A stretch of 64,000 bases of DNA from Raja brachyura (lineage: Eukaryota). Positions 1 through 12,149 of this stretch are shown piece by piece. The stretch is from the NCBI GenBank assembly GCA_963514005.1, contig OY740790.1:15810001-15874000 (forward strand), in the 5' to 3' direction. Below the pieces are notes generated by a model, which saw only the letters and a list, made by a program, of their open reading frames with translations, did no database searches and had not been told where the DNA came from. The position numbers and the translations under genes are program-made. How positions within the stretch are numbered: the first letter of the stretch is position 1; each line of letters opens with the position of its first letter.

Positions 1-75
1 GCTGCACCCGCTGAGTTTCTCCAGCTTTTTGTGTAACCCTCGATTCTCCAGCATCTGCAGTTCCTTCTTTAACAA
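1..75 (+). repeat. 3' part of a Penelope pLTR-derived short repeat
   Basis: gctgcacccgctgagtttctccagcttttt...cagcatctgcagttccttctttaaca matches the terminus of the Penelope copies at about 13400-13485 and 24320-24410. Confidence 0.75.
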
Positions 76-589
76 CAAGGTCCATTGTGCTATAAGGTCA
101 TCTATCTCAATATATTCCTGCTCTATTGGCCACCATAACTGGAGAGCAGTCCTGAACTACTATCTACCTCATTGGTTACCTCGGACTCTCTCTGGTCAGA
201 CTTTACTGGCTTCACCTTGCACTAAACGTTATTCCCTTATCATGTATCCCTACGCTGTAAATGGCTCAATTGTAATTATGTATTGTCTTTCCACTGCCTG
301 ATTAGCACGCAACAAAACTGTACCTCAGTACACCTGGCAATAAACTAAACTGAAAATGAAACCTGATGATACCTTTGGATCTGGAAATTGTATATCTCCT
401 TCTTAAATATATTTCACAACTTGGTCATTATGATAGTGAACACCATGGATTGACCTTCCTCCGAAGAAATTGGTCATCTTCTCAGTTCCAAATGTCTTGC
501 CATGGCCTGGAACTATGATGACATGTTCTGCATTCCAAGAAAACATCCACCACCCATCCAGTTTGTCTAATACTATCAGAATGTTAGAT

Positions 590-1160
590 AGATATTTTAC
601 TAATCCCCTTTTCCGGGGAAAATCAGATGTCCTTGCAGCACACTATAAAAATACAACATAACATTAAAGAAGGAATTTAACATTAAAACATAAAAACATC
701 AAAAACATCCCCCCACAATGGTTCCCACTGTGGGGGAAGGCACAAAGTCCAGTCCCCATCCTCTTGTCCACCAATGGTCGGGCCTATTGTGGCCTTCACA
801 GTCGCCGCTACGGCGGCCCGATGTTTAGGCCTTCTCGCCGGCATCGGGAGAACCCTCTCAGCGGCTTGGGATACCTGGAACGGCCGCTTCCTCACCGGAG
901 ACCACGGTTTCCGAAGCCAACAGGCCGCGCTGGATGGAGCTCCACCACTGGCGATCTCAGCGAGAGATCCCAGGCTCCCGATGTAAAGTTCAGTGGCCGC
1001 TCCACAGACTGCAGCTCCACGATGTTTTCAATCGGCAGATCCCAGCATATCGGAGTTCCAGCACGGCGACACAGGCAAGGCATCGCCCTCTCCGCGGTAG
1101 CGCTCCAGCTCTGTGCCGCCGCCGAAGCCGAGGTTCTGGGGGGTTCTGGCGCCCCCTAGT
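590..1160 (-). mobile_element. GC-rich non-autonomous retroposon (copy A) with a Rex/RTE-type 3' stem-loop and tatc tail
   Basis: The minus strand ends ...ttttccccggaaaaggggattagtaaaatatctatcta. Conserved hairpin at 708-738, CpG-rich body, no credible protein. Confidence 0.55.
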
Positions 1161-1417
1161 TGTTTGTTTTCTCTCCTCTCCTCCTGAGCTCTAGTGAATA
1201 AATCCAGTCCATCAAATGTCTCCTGATACAACAGCCCTACCATCCCAGAAAATTGTCTGATTTGCTGCACTCTCTCAATGGCTAGTTGTATCCTTGGAGA
1301 AGGAGACCAGAAATGTGTACGGTACAACAGTTGTGGTCTTGCCAAAACCTGGCAAGGTACACTTTGCAATATTCAAATCCCCTGGTTGTGAAGGCTCATA
1401 TACCATTTGCCCACTTC

Positions 1418-2336
1418 TAACATATAACAACATATAACAATTATAGCACGGAAACAGGCCATCTCGGCCCTTCAAGTCCGTGCCGAACAACTTTTTTCCC
1501 TTAGTCCCACCTGCCTGCACTCATACCATAACCCTCCATACCCTTCTCATCCATATGCCTATCCAATTTATTTTTAAATGATACCAACGAACCTGCCGCC
1601 ACCACTTCCACTGGAAGCTCATTCCACACCGCTACCACTCTCTGAGTAAAGAAGTTCCCCCTCATGTTACCCCTAAACCTCTGTCCCTTAATTCTAAAGT
1701 CATGTCCTCTTGTTTGAATCTTCCCTATTCTCAAAGGGAAAAGCTTGTCCACATTAACTCTGTCTATCCCTCTCATCATTTTAAAGACCTCTATCAAGTC
1801 CCCCCTTAACCTTCTGCGCTCCAGAGAATAAAGACCTAACTTATTCAACCTATCTCTGTAACTTAGCTGTTGAAACCCAGGCAACATTCTAGTAAATCTC
1901 CTCTGTACCCTCTCTATTTTGTTGACATCCTTCCTATAATTGGGCGACCAAAATTGTACACCATACTCCAGATTTGGTCTCACCAACGCCTTGTACAATT
2001 TTAACATTACATCCCAGCTTCTATACTCAATGCTCTGATTTATAAAGGCTAGCATACCAAAAGCTTTCTTTACCACCCTATCGATATGAGATTCTACCTT
2101 CAAGGAACTATGCACGGTTATTCCCAGATCCCTCTGTTCAACTGTATTCTTCAATTCCCTACCGTTTACCATGTACGTCCTATTTTGATTTGTCCTGCCA
2201 AGGTGTAGCACCTCACATTTATCAGCATTAAACTCCATCTGCCATCTTTCAGCCCATTTTTCCAACTGGCCTAAATCATTCTGTAGACTTTGGAAATCCT
2301 CTTCATTATCCACAACACCCCTATCTTGGTATCATC
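1418..2336 (-). mobile_element. 5'-truncated CR1-clade LINE (RT C-terminus + 3' UTR), young copy
   Basis: Intact ORF 1501..2313 (WQMEFNADKCEVLHLG...RPNLEYGVQFWSP...LYSLERRRLRGDLIE) and a short-repeat 3' tail. Near-identical to 19625-20944. Confidence 0.95.
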
Positions 2337-2659
2337 TTCTCTGCATGTTTTCCTCGTGATTCGTATGCAGAACATCCAAGTCTCTTCAAACATCAGCATT
2401 TCTTGCTATATTACTAAATAACAAGTGACAAGAGTGTTTTATTGTCATATGTCCCAATCTGGAACATAAATTCTTACTTGCAGCAGTGCAACAGATATGC
2501 GAACATAGTACTCGGTAAACACCATAATTAGCACCAAAAAAGAAGTTCAGTATTTAAAAAACAAACAATAATGCAAAGACAAAAGCAATCCCCCCAGGTC
2601 TATGTAGTTCAGGGGTTAGTTATTGCTGCTTTTCTGTTTTCTCTTTTGAGGTGGATAAC

Positions 2660-2950
2660 TGCACATTTATCTTGCGCCTGCCATGTTTATGTCTAAGTTA
2701 CTGTGAAGCCTCTTTACGTCTTCCTCACAATTCCAAAACCCACCCATATGAGTGTCTTTGACAAACCAAAAGCTTTCATTTGCGCCCTGATCCAAATCGT
2801 TGAAGTAGATTAGGAAGACCTGTGACCTGAGCACTGATCCCAATGGTACCATAGTAGTTACCAACAGCCAGCTGGAAGAAAACCTATTTCTTCCTGTTGT
2901 TTCCTGCCCTTCAATCAATTGTCAGTCAATGCCAATACATTATCCACACC
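2660..2950 (-). mobile_element. Degenerate CR1 RT fragment
   Basis: Decayed VPLGSVL..FLIYFNDL motif in ORF 2667..2918. Confidence 0.7.
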
Positions 2951-3554
2951 AGGCTTTTGATTTTCCCTTATCTATTCTGTCAGTTAAATTGTCAAAACAA
3001 AATGTTTGTCACACTTTGTTTCCCTTCCGAACATCTACTTTGACTTTGTCTCATGGCACTGCTATTGTCCAGTTTTCCAATTGTCCTATCATTTATAACA
3101 TTCCATAGCACTTTTCCCCTCATGCACCCAGCCTGCATGGAAATGATTGCTTCTTTTGATGCTGTTAATTTCTGTTAAGGTTTTATTAGAAAATAAACAT
3201 TTGCTTAGATTTTTTGACATTTTTCCAGAAATTAACATTACAACTGTTTGACTTGTGCCCAAAGTAGTCAGAAATATATCATATTTAGAAAAATAAGTGA
3301 AGCTAAGAATGGTCACCATTTATCATGCACAAACTGAAAGGCTACATCTGCTGCATGGATTTTGGTAGATAAGTGTAACATATCAGAAGTTGCTGTTAGA
3401 AATTAACTTATTTTGTAGGTGGTATAAAAATGGCATCCCTGCAAATGCTCCTGACAGGCAGCATTTAGCCTGTAACAATGCTCATTATTTCCATTTCACA
3501 CATCTCTGCATTAAATTTCATCTACAAATGTCCATCTAATGTGCCAACTTAGTT

Positions 3555-3716
3555 ATAGACAATAGACAATAGGTGCAGGAGTAGGCCATTCGGCCCTTTG
3601 AGCCAGCACTGCCATTCAATGTGATCATGGCTGATCATTCCCAATCAGTACCCCGTTCCTGCCTTCTCCCCTGACTCCGCTATCTTTAAGAGCCCTATCT
3701 AGCTCTCTCTTGAAAG
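3555..3716 (-). mobile_element. CR1 3' UTR fragment
   Basis: atagacaatagacaataggtgcaggagtaggccattcggccc tail, same family as 40885-41245 and 57318-57677. Confidence 0.8.
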
Positions 3717-5208
3717 ATGTTCGGTTATGTTCTATGGCAATCTGTTATTAACCTCTGTGTTTACCACATCTTCACATTTTGTAGCATCTGAAATTTTTGA
3801 GATTTTAGCCTTCACATCCAAATCATTAGTATATATGTAAAAGAAACAATGGCTTTATCACTCAGAAATACCAGTGTCTATCATTCTCCAATCTGAAAAA
3901 CAACTATTTCACCATGACATGGCAAAATAAAGTGTTAGAGTAACTCAGCAGGTCAGGCAATGGATAGGCAATCTTTTGCCTTGGGACCCTTCCTCAAATT
4001 GATGTCTGAACTATTTACCATGACCATGACTTTAACCATTTCTTATCCGTGCTGCCATTGATAGTTTTATTCCATACCAACCAGTTAGGCTAACTCGTCT
4101 TTTATGGGACTTGATGAAATGCTTTGTGAAAATCCACATAAATAATGTCAATTGCAATTCTGTTGGCTTCATTACCTAATCAAAATAAATCAATAATGAT
4201 GATGAAACAGGAATTGCTTTTAAGAAATCTGCATTGGCTCTCTTTTTGATAATGTAAACTTTTTCACATGCGTTTTACTTTTTTTCCCTGATGATTGTTT
4301 GTAAAAGCTTCTCCACCTGTGAAGTTAAACTTGCCAATCTGTAATTTATAAATGAGAAAAATGTATTGGCCGTTTCCCAGTTCTCTGGCACCTTTAACAC
4401 ATCTTGAGAAGATTTGGAGATTATGGCAATCCGTTCTGCAATCTCCTCCACTTCCCTCCAATGTGTCTATCTGAATGAGATGAGTTGTTTATTTTAAGCA
4501 CTGGTGACCTTTCTAATGCCACCTTCCATTCCAATTTCCCACATCCATTATACGCATTATCTCCATACTTTATTTAAGGTTTTGACAGCATCCAGCAGGT
4601 GAAGGAAGGCCAGTGCAAAGTGTTCATTGTGTTCAACCATACATTCTGCCTCAATCTAAATTGCTTTGTTAATAGAAAGATTAAATGAGAATTTACCGTT
4701 TGAAGTTTGATCTCTATTTTATGCGAAGTTGGAGTGAGAGACTACGTGAAGAACCCGCGCGCCCACATGCATGTCAATCTTCAAAGCAACTGTACGAAAC
4801 CACAGACCTCGTGCACCAAATTAAACTATGGAAAGATTAATAACTCTTGACTTACCGAATTATCTTTATGAGATTCAGGGTTGGGAGTGGAGAGCACATA
4901 GTCGCTCACTCCAACTTCTCATAAAATAAAGATCAAACTTCAAATGGTAGGTTCTCGTTTAATCTTTCTATTTTATTTCAAAGTCTTGTGACGAGGCTAC
5001 TTGAAGCCGTCGAAGCTCTGTGGTTTCATGCAGTAAACCAATCTGTATGTGAACACACTACACAGATAAACCATAAATGGTTGAAAGAAAAAACATAGGC
5101 CATTCAAACATGATGCTGACTTTACATACATGTATATCGCCCTTAACAGAACCAAAGCCCCATTACATCGGAGTTAGTCAAGTGTCTCAATTAACACAGC
5201 CCAGAATT

Positions 5209-5409
5209 CTATCTACAATTGTCCAGCCTGTTAATCGGTTTATTATAAAACTTCCGAAACGTGCGTTCATCTGACCATCCTGCTGTTGCAAGAATGTGAT
5301 CAAGAAGAACCTCCATTCTATTTGCTGCCGACGTGGCTGCAGCCCTGGTAGAGGGAGACTTGAAAATATCAGAATTCACTCCTGCTTCCAAAGCGTACAC
5401 TTTATCCAT
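5209..5409 (-). pseudogene. DIRS tyrosine recombinase C-terminal fragment
   Basis: The HSTR box reads PSTR (His to Pro), followed by AGWS and the FY-KP catalytic Tyr motif; the upstream part is frameshifted. Confidence 0.8.
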
Positions 5410-5975
5410 TTGAAATAGTCTGCACCGACACTCTCTTGTGTGGCTTTTTATAACTTATGAAGAGAGTTTTTTCCTCATCTCGGTGTTTTACTAATCTCAA
5501 TGTACTTTTTCACATAAATAACGCTGCTTCCATGGTGAGCGCTGTGAACCTGCGCATAAAAAAGGCCTCTGGCTTGGTTTTAATTGTGCAGCCTGATGCT
5601 CCAACCAACCTTTGTGCAGCGGTATATGCCGCTTACTTGCCTTGCACAAATCCTTTGCAACACAATTGAGCTCAAACTGTGCATTACACAGTAGTGCTAA
5701 GGCGTCTACTGCAAATCAGACAGCTGCATTCCCTTTACCGACCTTGCAAAGGCCGTAATCCCTCTTGTGAGAAATCTCTGAACTCGCTGGAGTTTTAAGT
5801 CTTTTTACTTTGTTTTGCCATTCAAATTGCCCCAAATGGTGGCATTAACCTTCGGAATCTCTAGTGTCTGGCAGTTATCAGGACTAGCATACTTTCCAGC
5901 AGTGTCCTGCATGTTCTTCTCATTCAGTTGATGAGAAGTCAAGTAACCAATGCTACTTGCCAGTTCTTCCTCTAA

Positions 5976-6462
5976 CGGTTCACGAGGTTGATCCCTGGGA
6001 TGGCGGGACTGTCATATGAGGAAAGATTGAAAAGACTAGGCTTGTATTCACTGGAGTTTAGAAGGATGAGGAGGGATCTTATAGAAACATATAAAGTTAT
6101 AAAAGGACTGGACAAGCTAGATGCAGGAAAAATGTTCCCAATGTTGGGTGAGTCCAGAACCAGGGGCCACAGCCTTAGAATAAAGGGAAGGTCATTTAAG
6201 ACTGAGGTGAAAAAAAACTTTTTCACCCAGAGAGTTGTGAATTTATGGAATTCCCTGCCACAGAGGGCAGTGGAGGCCAAGTCACTGGATGGACTTAAGA
6301 GAGAGTTAGATAGAGCTCTAGGGGCAAGTGGAGTCAAGGGATATGGGGAGAAGGCAGGCAAGGGTTATTGATAGCGGACGATCAGCCATGATCACAATGA
6401 ATGGTGGTACTGGTGCGAAGGGCCGAATGGCCTCCTCCTGCACCTATTTTCTATGTTTCTAT
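5976..6462 (+). mobile_element. 5'-truncated CR1 LINE nested in the DIRS element
   Basis: ORF 5988..6371 (GLSYEERLKRLGLYSLEFRRMRRDLIE...NFFTQRVVNLWNSLP) and a tttctatgtttctatg tail. Confidence 0.92.
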
Positions 6463-7229
6463 GGATCTCCTATTCCCGAGGGGATGGCAAATTCAGTCAC
6501 AAATGCCGGCAGCTCCATTTTAGACTTGAGTTGAAGCATATCATCCACGTGTGGAGGGAATTTGAGATCACGGTCAGCTTCTCCACAGTCCGAGTCTACC
6601 ATGTAATATTCCTCAAAACACCCCTCCTCGAAGCGGTAGATATCATAATGCAACCCTGAACCAGGTGTTGCTGCCGCAGATTCTGACTGGACCTACCTGT
6701 ATAGGTCACCAGTGTGCGGAGCACATTCCCTTCGACCAACCTCTCAATCAGGTTTTCCAGTTTTGCGAGCCGACAGATGATATCCTCCATGGATGTTGAG
6801 GTAGTACCTTCCTGCCCAGTATTGTTCTTTTGGACATATTTTGCCGCTTTGGCCTTGGCCTTCCCCGAACTGCTCCCTTTCGGAGCTTTTGCTTTTTATT
6901 TATTTATTTGTTTGTTTGTTTGTTTGTTTGTTTTTTACATCACGAACCTGTCAGTCAGGTAATAATGCTACGTGCCAGTACGGCCTTTACTGCTTTGCCT
7001 ATCCCCGAGAGGATGGCAAATTATGATCCAGAGTGCTGGCAGCTCTATTTTAGCCATGAGCGAAAGTATTTTGCATGTGATGAGGGAATCCTCAATCTCC
7101 CTGCCTCTGAGCAGGAGATATCCTCAAATATCTGAATTTAACTGCCTGTATCAGTGCTGTGCACTCACTCAGTTATCCTCACTTGTGAGCAGCCTGATAA
7201 CCTCAATCTTTGATGTTGAGGCAGTGCTT

Positions 7230-7890
7230 TATTGGCCAATATGGTCCTTTTGAACAGCCAGTTCCGAGTTGGTATTCCCTTAACCGGGGTCAACAAGCTG
7301 CTCCATTTTGGAGTGTTCAGAGGTTGCTGTGCAGGCCACACGGCCAGCATCTCTGGGCCCGGGGTCAACAAGCTGCTCCATTTAGGAGCTTTCAGTGGTT
7401 GCTGTGCAGGCCATCCTGCCAGCATTGCCAACCTGCTCTTTTTCAGAGCTAGCGATGTTACTGTACAGGCTATGCTGCCAGTGTCTCCGTGCCCGGGTCG
7501 CCAAGCTGCTCCATTTCAGAGCTTTCGCAGAGGTTTGAATGCAGACCCTACCTGCCAGCGTCTCCTTCAACCAGCTGCACCTTATCGGAGCTTCAGTGCC
7601 GATACTTGTGCAGGCCGCGCCTGTTCACCTCTTTGCCCCCACGCTTGACAAACTGCACCCTGTCAGAGCTTTAAATGGAGGTTGCTGTGCAAGTCGTGCC
7701 TGCCAGCGTCTCCGAGCCTGGTGCGACAGGCTGCTCCATTTCGGAGCCTTGGAGGAGATTACTGTGCAGGTCACGCCTGCCAGTTACTCCGAGACCAGGC
7801 CGGGCCACCTGCTCCCTTTCGCAGCTTTAACGGTGGTTGCTGTACAGGTCGCGCCTGTCAGCATCTCCAAGCCCGCTGCACCATTCCTGA
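7230..7890. repeat. Degenerate ~60-75 bp tandem array inside the DIRS element
   Basis: About 9 recurrences of caagctgctccatttcggagctt...gttgctgtgcaggcc. Confidence 0.8.
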
Positions 7891-8254
7891 AAAAAAACAT
7901 CTTACCCGACGGAGCATTTCCGAATGCATCTGTATCTCACGCCATGCGACGGCGTATTGACGTGCATGTGGGCTGGTGGGTTCTTCACGTAGTCACGTCA
8001 CGAGACTGCGAAATAAAATTTATAATGGGCTTCGCCACTCCTTTTACCACCAGTTTATTTGCATTTCTTTGGAAGATTTGTGGTGGGGGTGCCGGAGTGA
8101 TTGTGGAGGCAGATACAATAGTGGCATTTATAAGGCTTTTAGATAGTAACACAGAGGTGCAAAAAATATAGGGATATGGATCATGTAAAGGCAGATGAGA
8201 TCAGTTTAACTTTGCACCATGTTTGGCACTATTCCTGTGCTCTACTGTTCTTTG

Positions 8255-8425
8255 GTTACACAAAAAGCTGGAGAAACTCAGCGGGTGCCGCAGCAGCTAA
8301 GGAGCGAAGGAGATGGGCGACGTCGCCTATTTCCTTCGCTCCTTGGATGCTGCTGCACCCGCTGAGTTTCTCCAGCTTTTTGTGTAGCCCTCGATTCTCC
8401 AGCATCTACAGTTCCTTCTTTAACA
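8255..8425. mobile_element. Fold-back (palindromic) Penelope pLTR mini-insertion with a 15-bp TSD
   Basis: The arms ggttacacaaaaagctggagaaactcagcgggtgc... and ...gcacccgctgagtttctccagctttttgtgtagcc are centred on GACGTC (8319-8324). Flanked by ctctactgttctttg at 8240-8254 and 8426-8440. Confidence 0.85.
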
Positions 8426-10628
8426 CTCTACTGTTCTTTGTTCCTTGCTCACCCATTCTCTTTGCTTATTTTCTATTTATTTCCCCAACTCAATTTATTA
8501 TATTCTGCCTAATTCTCTTAAATTATTCACCGTGATGGATAGTGCTCTTGACCCAATGTTACTAATGTGAATGAACGTTGCTACTGAGATTTTTATTTGG
8601 TTGTAGGTGTCGAGGTTTAATGGAGTCTAATCAACCTTGCAACAATGAAAACTAACTTTTGAAAGTTTTGAGACTCGTACTGCTCAGAATTTAATTGCTA
8701 TGGCAGCATTATTTTTTAATACTTATTAGTGCTGTCTTTTTTTAATCCCTCTATTGTTTACATCAATCTTTTCTTTTTGTCACTCGAATTTTTTTGGTCC
8801 TGGATTTAACATTGAATTTGCTTCTTACCATTCACGTGCTTGTTCAGATCTTTTCACTTCAGACTGTTGTTCATGTGAAACACATGAAATACTTAATCAG
8901 TATTTTGCTGTGAACCACTGGGGAAATTGATTTCTGCTCTTCAAATTCTATTCCCAATTAGGACTGTAATTATAAAAGCTGCATTCCAAATCATTTGTTT
9001 TTTTAATATAATTGTATGCCTTACTTTACAATACCTTTCTTCTTGCCTCTTTTTGGAAGCCTGTGAATCAAGGAGACTCAGTTTCCTCATGCTGTTAACA
9101 TGGATCCTTGTGAAGTGATTGCTGCTTTTCTCTCTGAGTTCATAGTCTCAGAATGAAATAGGCAGCAACGTCTCTAACAGATGGTAGGTACTGTTGGCTT
9201 ATTGATTAATGGAGGTTTCTCTACCATTCCGTTTTTCTCCCTCCTCCATGCAAGCAACATGGATATAAATTTAACCAATGGTACTGATCAAGCATGGCTC
9301 CATTTGAGCATGCAAAATAAATTTGTGCATAAATTAAACACATTTCTTGTGGGTCCAGAACCATTATCTGTTTTTTTCTTCTTTACCCAATTATTGTGGT
9401 TCATTGTCAGTACATGTTCAGAAATCGTTCACTTCAGGAAATGCTTTGACTGAATGTCCAGATGTTACTAATATGCTCCATTGCATGTACATTGAACATG
9501 TATTGACATATGAAGATCCCTTCACAGAACCTGAAGAAGAAATGGAATGATCGCAAAAGAGAACCTTGGGAACAAATGTTGATACAATCTTTAATCAAAT
9601 GAATGTGTTGAACAAATCCAAGGAAAACATTATACTCCCATATTTGTGGTTTACTTTTTGTGACAAAGAATGTCGCTTTGGTTAGTTTGGCAGAGTATTA
9701 AGCTAAGATATAGAACATATTTCATCAAAGTGCCCTGAAACACAAACATACTATTTATCATGTTAAGAAGCTTAATACTCTTTCAATTAAAACCATATTC
9801 TTTCTCCTGGCAAAGTAAACGGAGATAGAAAAATAAATATGATCAAAACTTGGAATTCATTAATATGAGAACATCAGAAAATGTTCAGGTATTTAGTGTG
9901 CAACAGCAAGTGACAAAGAAAGCCTGTGTTGCTGGAACTGTGAATCAGTTTATATAATTGATATAAAGGCAATGTACCTTTGCAACAAAAATGAGCCCTG
10001 AGGTTTAGGCTGGAATTGGTTACATTGTTGTCAAAACGAATTTCAAACCTGTGGCTGAGATGGTTTAGGAGTGAATGGGTTGTTAAATCTGTTGAAAGTG
10101 ACAAAATGTTAGTGAAATTAAACACTAACCCATCAAGCTCCACATTTATCTTGAGTTCATTTGCCCAACTATCTCAAGAGGCGGGTTGCGAAATTCGGTA
10201 GATGTTGTCGAGTTTAACATGCGGTGTGCAGGTTCCCGGAGCTTCCTGAAATTCTGCGATGAGTTGGTATATGGGGGGGGGGGAGGCTGAAGAGTTGACA
10301 GGCCGATCCAGCAAGATAACCTAAAAGCACTCAGCTGCTTTCTTCAACGTTTCTCTGAAAGACTCCTCATAAGTTGTCTTATTATTTGTTATGATTTGGT
10401 CCAACTTTGTGTATGATGGCATTCACTTTCTGTGGTTTGGAAGCATCCACTTGCTAACTGGGATTTCCAGCTCCCCAGGGCTAATCACCTTGGGTGCTTT
10501 TCATGGTGCCAAATGACAGATCCTAGGCTAGCATTCTGGTGCACAGCTACAAAAGATTCAACAGTAGGAGCAGCCTACTCCTCGTAATCCTGGAGTTCCA
10601 CAGTTCATTGGTTCTGTGCATAATGATG

Positions 10629-11032
10629 ACACGGTAGCACAGTGGTAGAGTTGCTGCTTTACAGTGCCAGAGTCCTAAGTTTGATCCTGACCACGGTGCT
10701 ATCTATACGGAGTCTGCAGAAGGGTCGCAACCCCGAAACGTCACCCATTCCTTCTATCCAGAGATGTTGCCTGCCCCGCTGAGTTACTCCAGCATTTTGT
10801 GTCTATCTTCAGAGTTTGTACGTTTTTCCCCTTGACTACATGGGTTTTCTCCGGGTGTTCTGGTTTCCACCCACACTCCATAGACGTACAGGTTTGTAGG
10901 TTAATTGGCTTTGGTAAAAAAAATAATTGTCCCTAGTGTGTGGATAGTGCTAGTGTATGGGGATCACTACTCATTGTGGATTCGGTGGGCCGAAGGGCTT
11001 GTTTCCATGCTGTATCACTAAACTAAACTAAA
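10629..11032 (+). mobile_element. tRNA-derived V-SINE (HE1-like) interrupted by a hammerhead-bearing mini-element (about 10711-10811)
   Basis: tRNA-like head (tagcacagtggtagagt...gtttgatcctg), V-domain (tgggttttctccgggtg.tctggtttcc.cccacactcca.agacgtacagg), CR1-like 3' end gggccgaaggg..tgtttcc and (ctaaa)n tail. Confidence 0.85.
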
Positions 11033-12149
11033 GTCCAGCTCAGAAACAAAACCGCCGCAGTTGTGAAGGCAGAGTGTGAGTTTACTTCCTTGAACAGCAA
11101 CATCAGAGAGGGCTCATTGTTTCATATCACATAGCGGCAAAGACTTGGCCAATACTCATTGCCTGCTGCATCCTGGTGATCATGCTCCAGTTGCGACCGC
11201 CAGTGACTGCCACTTCTTTGCCATGGGATACTGCCAGGCGTTGCAGATTCCTACAGCTATCACACAATAAGGCATCAGGCAGGTGCATGATACCTAGTTT
11301 ACTTTTCCCACCAAATTGCAGCTGTAGGAAACAAGACGATCTCCCTAAGCATGTGTGAAATACTCCAAGACAATGATTGAGCATGCTGTGGCTTGCTGAG
11401 GGAATGCTTTGGATGTTAGAAAAATGTGGAGGTGATCTTAGGGGTGAGTCAGTTGGTGTTGTGCAAACAGCTCAATATCTATTCTACCCACTACTTCAAT
11501 ATGTTCAGAATAATTGTCCTCATGCAAGGTCTTAGCCACTCCTCTGTTGTTTGTTTCTCAGTGTGTATTTTTGCTCCAAAATACACAATGAACCAACCAG
11601 TGAATAATTAGAAAAAATGCGGGAGACATTAAATACCATCATGAGAACCTTCGTATTAGTCAAGCAGGTAGGGCTGAAGTTTGGACCTGCCGGTGTTCAT
11701 CTTAGAAGACCTGCCGGTGTTCATCCTACATGAAATATCTACAGAGATTCCAAAAATCCAGTTTCCAGATATGTCCTAGAGGATCAGAAGTCTGTCATCT
11801 GAATCATACATGATTGGAAGTCAGAAGTTTGTAACTCCAGGATGCTTACCTAATGATTTATTGGAAAAATGTTAGGATCAAGTATTGAAATGATAATAGC
11901 AAGACATTTTAAAAGTCATGATCCAATTATGCAGAATCAGCATGTCTTCAGAAAGGAAAATCTGTTTGACAAATGTATCATAGTTATTTGCTGAAGCACC
12001 AACTGGAGTGTAATGTTCTGGAATTTTAAAATGTAATCACAAGGTGCCACATTAATTTTGTAAAATGAGAGCTCATGGCGTTGGAGGTCGTATATTAGCA
12101 GTATTGGCTAACGAGCAGCAAGTAACAAGAAGATTTAACCAACCAATCC

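Larger units (their letters stand above)
4671..8019 (-). mobile_element. DIRS-type tyrosine-recombinase retrotransposon, degenerate and internally deleted
   Basis: YR C-terminus (FKSPSTRAAATSAA...ILATAGWSDERTFRKFYNKP, 5209-5409) and gag-like remnant (PDNCQTLEIPKVNATIWGNL..KDLKLQRVQ, about 5780-5885, minus). Inverted terminal similarity between 4740-4778 and 7956-7993. Internal complementary region 4899-5000 pairs with both termini; AAT at both ends. Confidence 0.85.

Noticed and set aside
764-1194. CpG-island promoter with overlapping ORFs
   Set aside because: The GC-rich block has a retroposon-type tail and shares motifs with other dispersed copies in the window; there is no evidence for a gene start.
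7230-7890. CRISPR-like repeat-spacer array
   Set aside because: Eukaryotic context, degenerate repeats, the 'spacers' are similar to each other, and there are no cas genes.
7165-8171. Cluster of ORFs (138 aa, 210 aa) as a host gene
   Set aside because: They arise from the tandem array within the DIRS element and have no recognisable domain.
10629-10700. tRNA gene
   Set aside because: The tRNA-like A/B boxes are the head of a V-SINE; there is no cloverleaf and it continues into the SINE body.
11684-11727. Short direct repeat gacctgccggtgttcatc x2 as a regulatory element
   Set aside because: A simple local tandem duplication with no further support.
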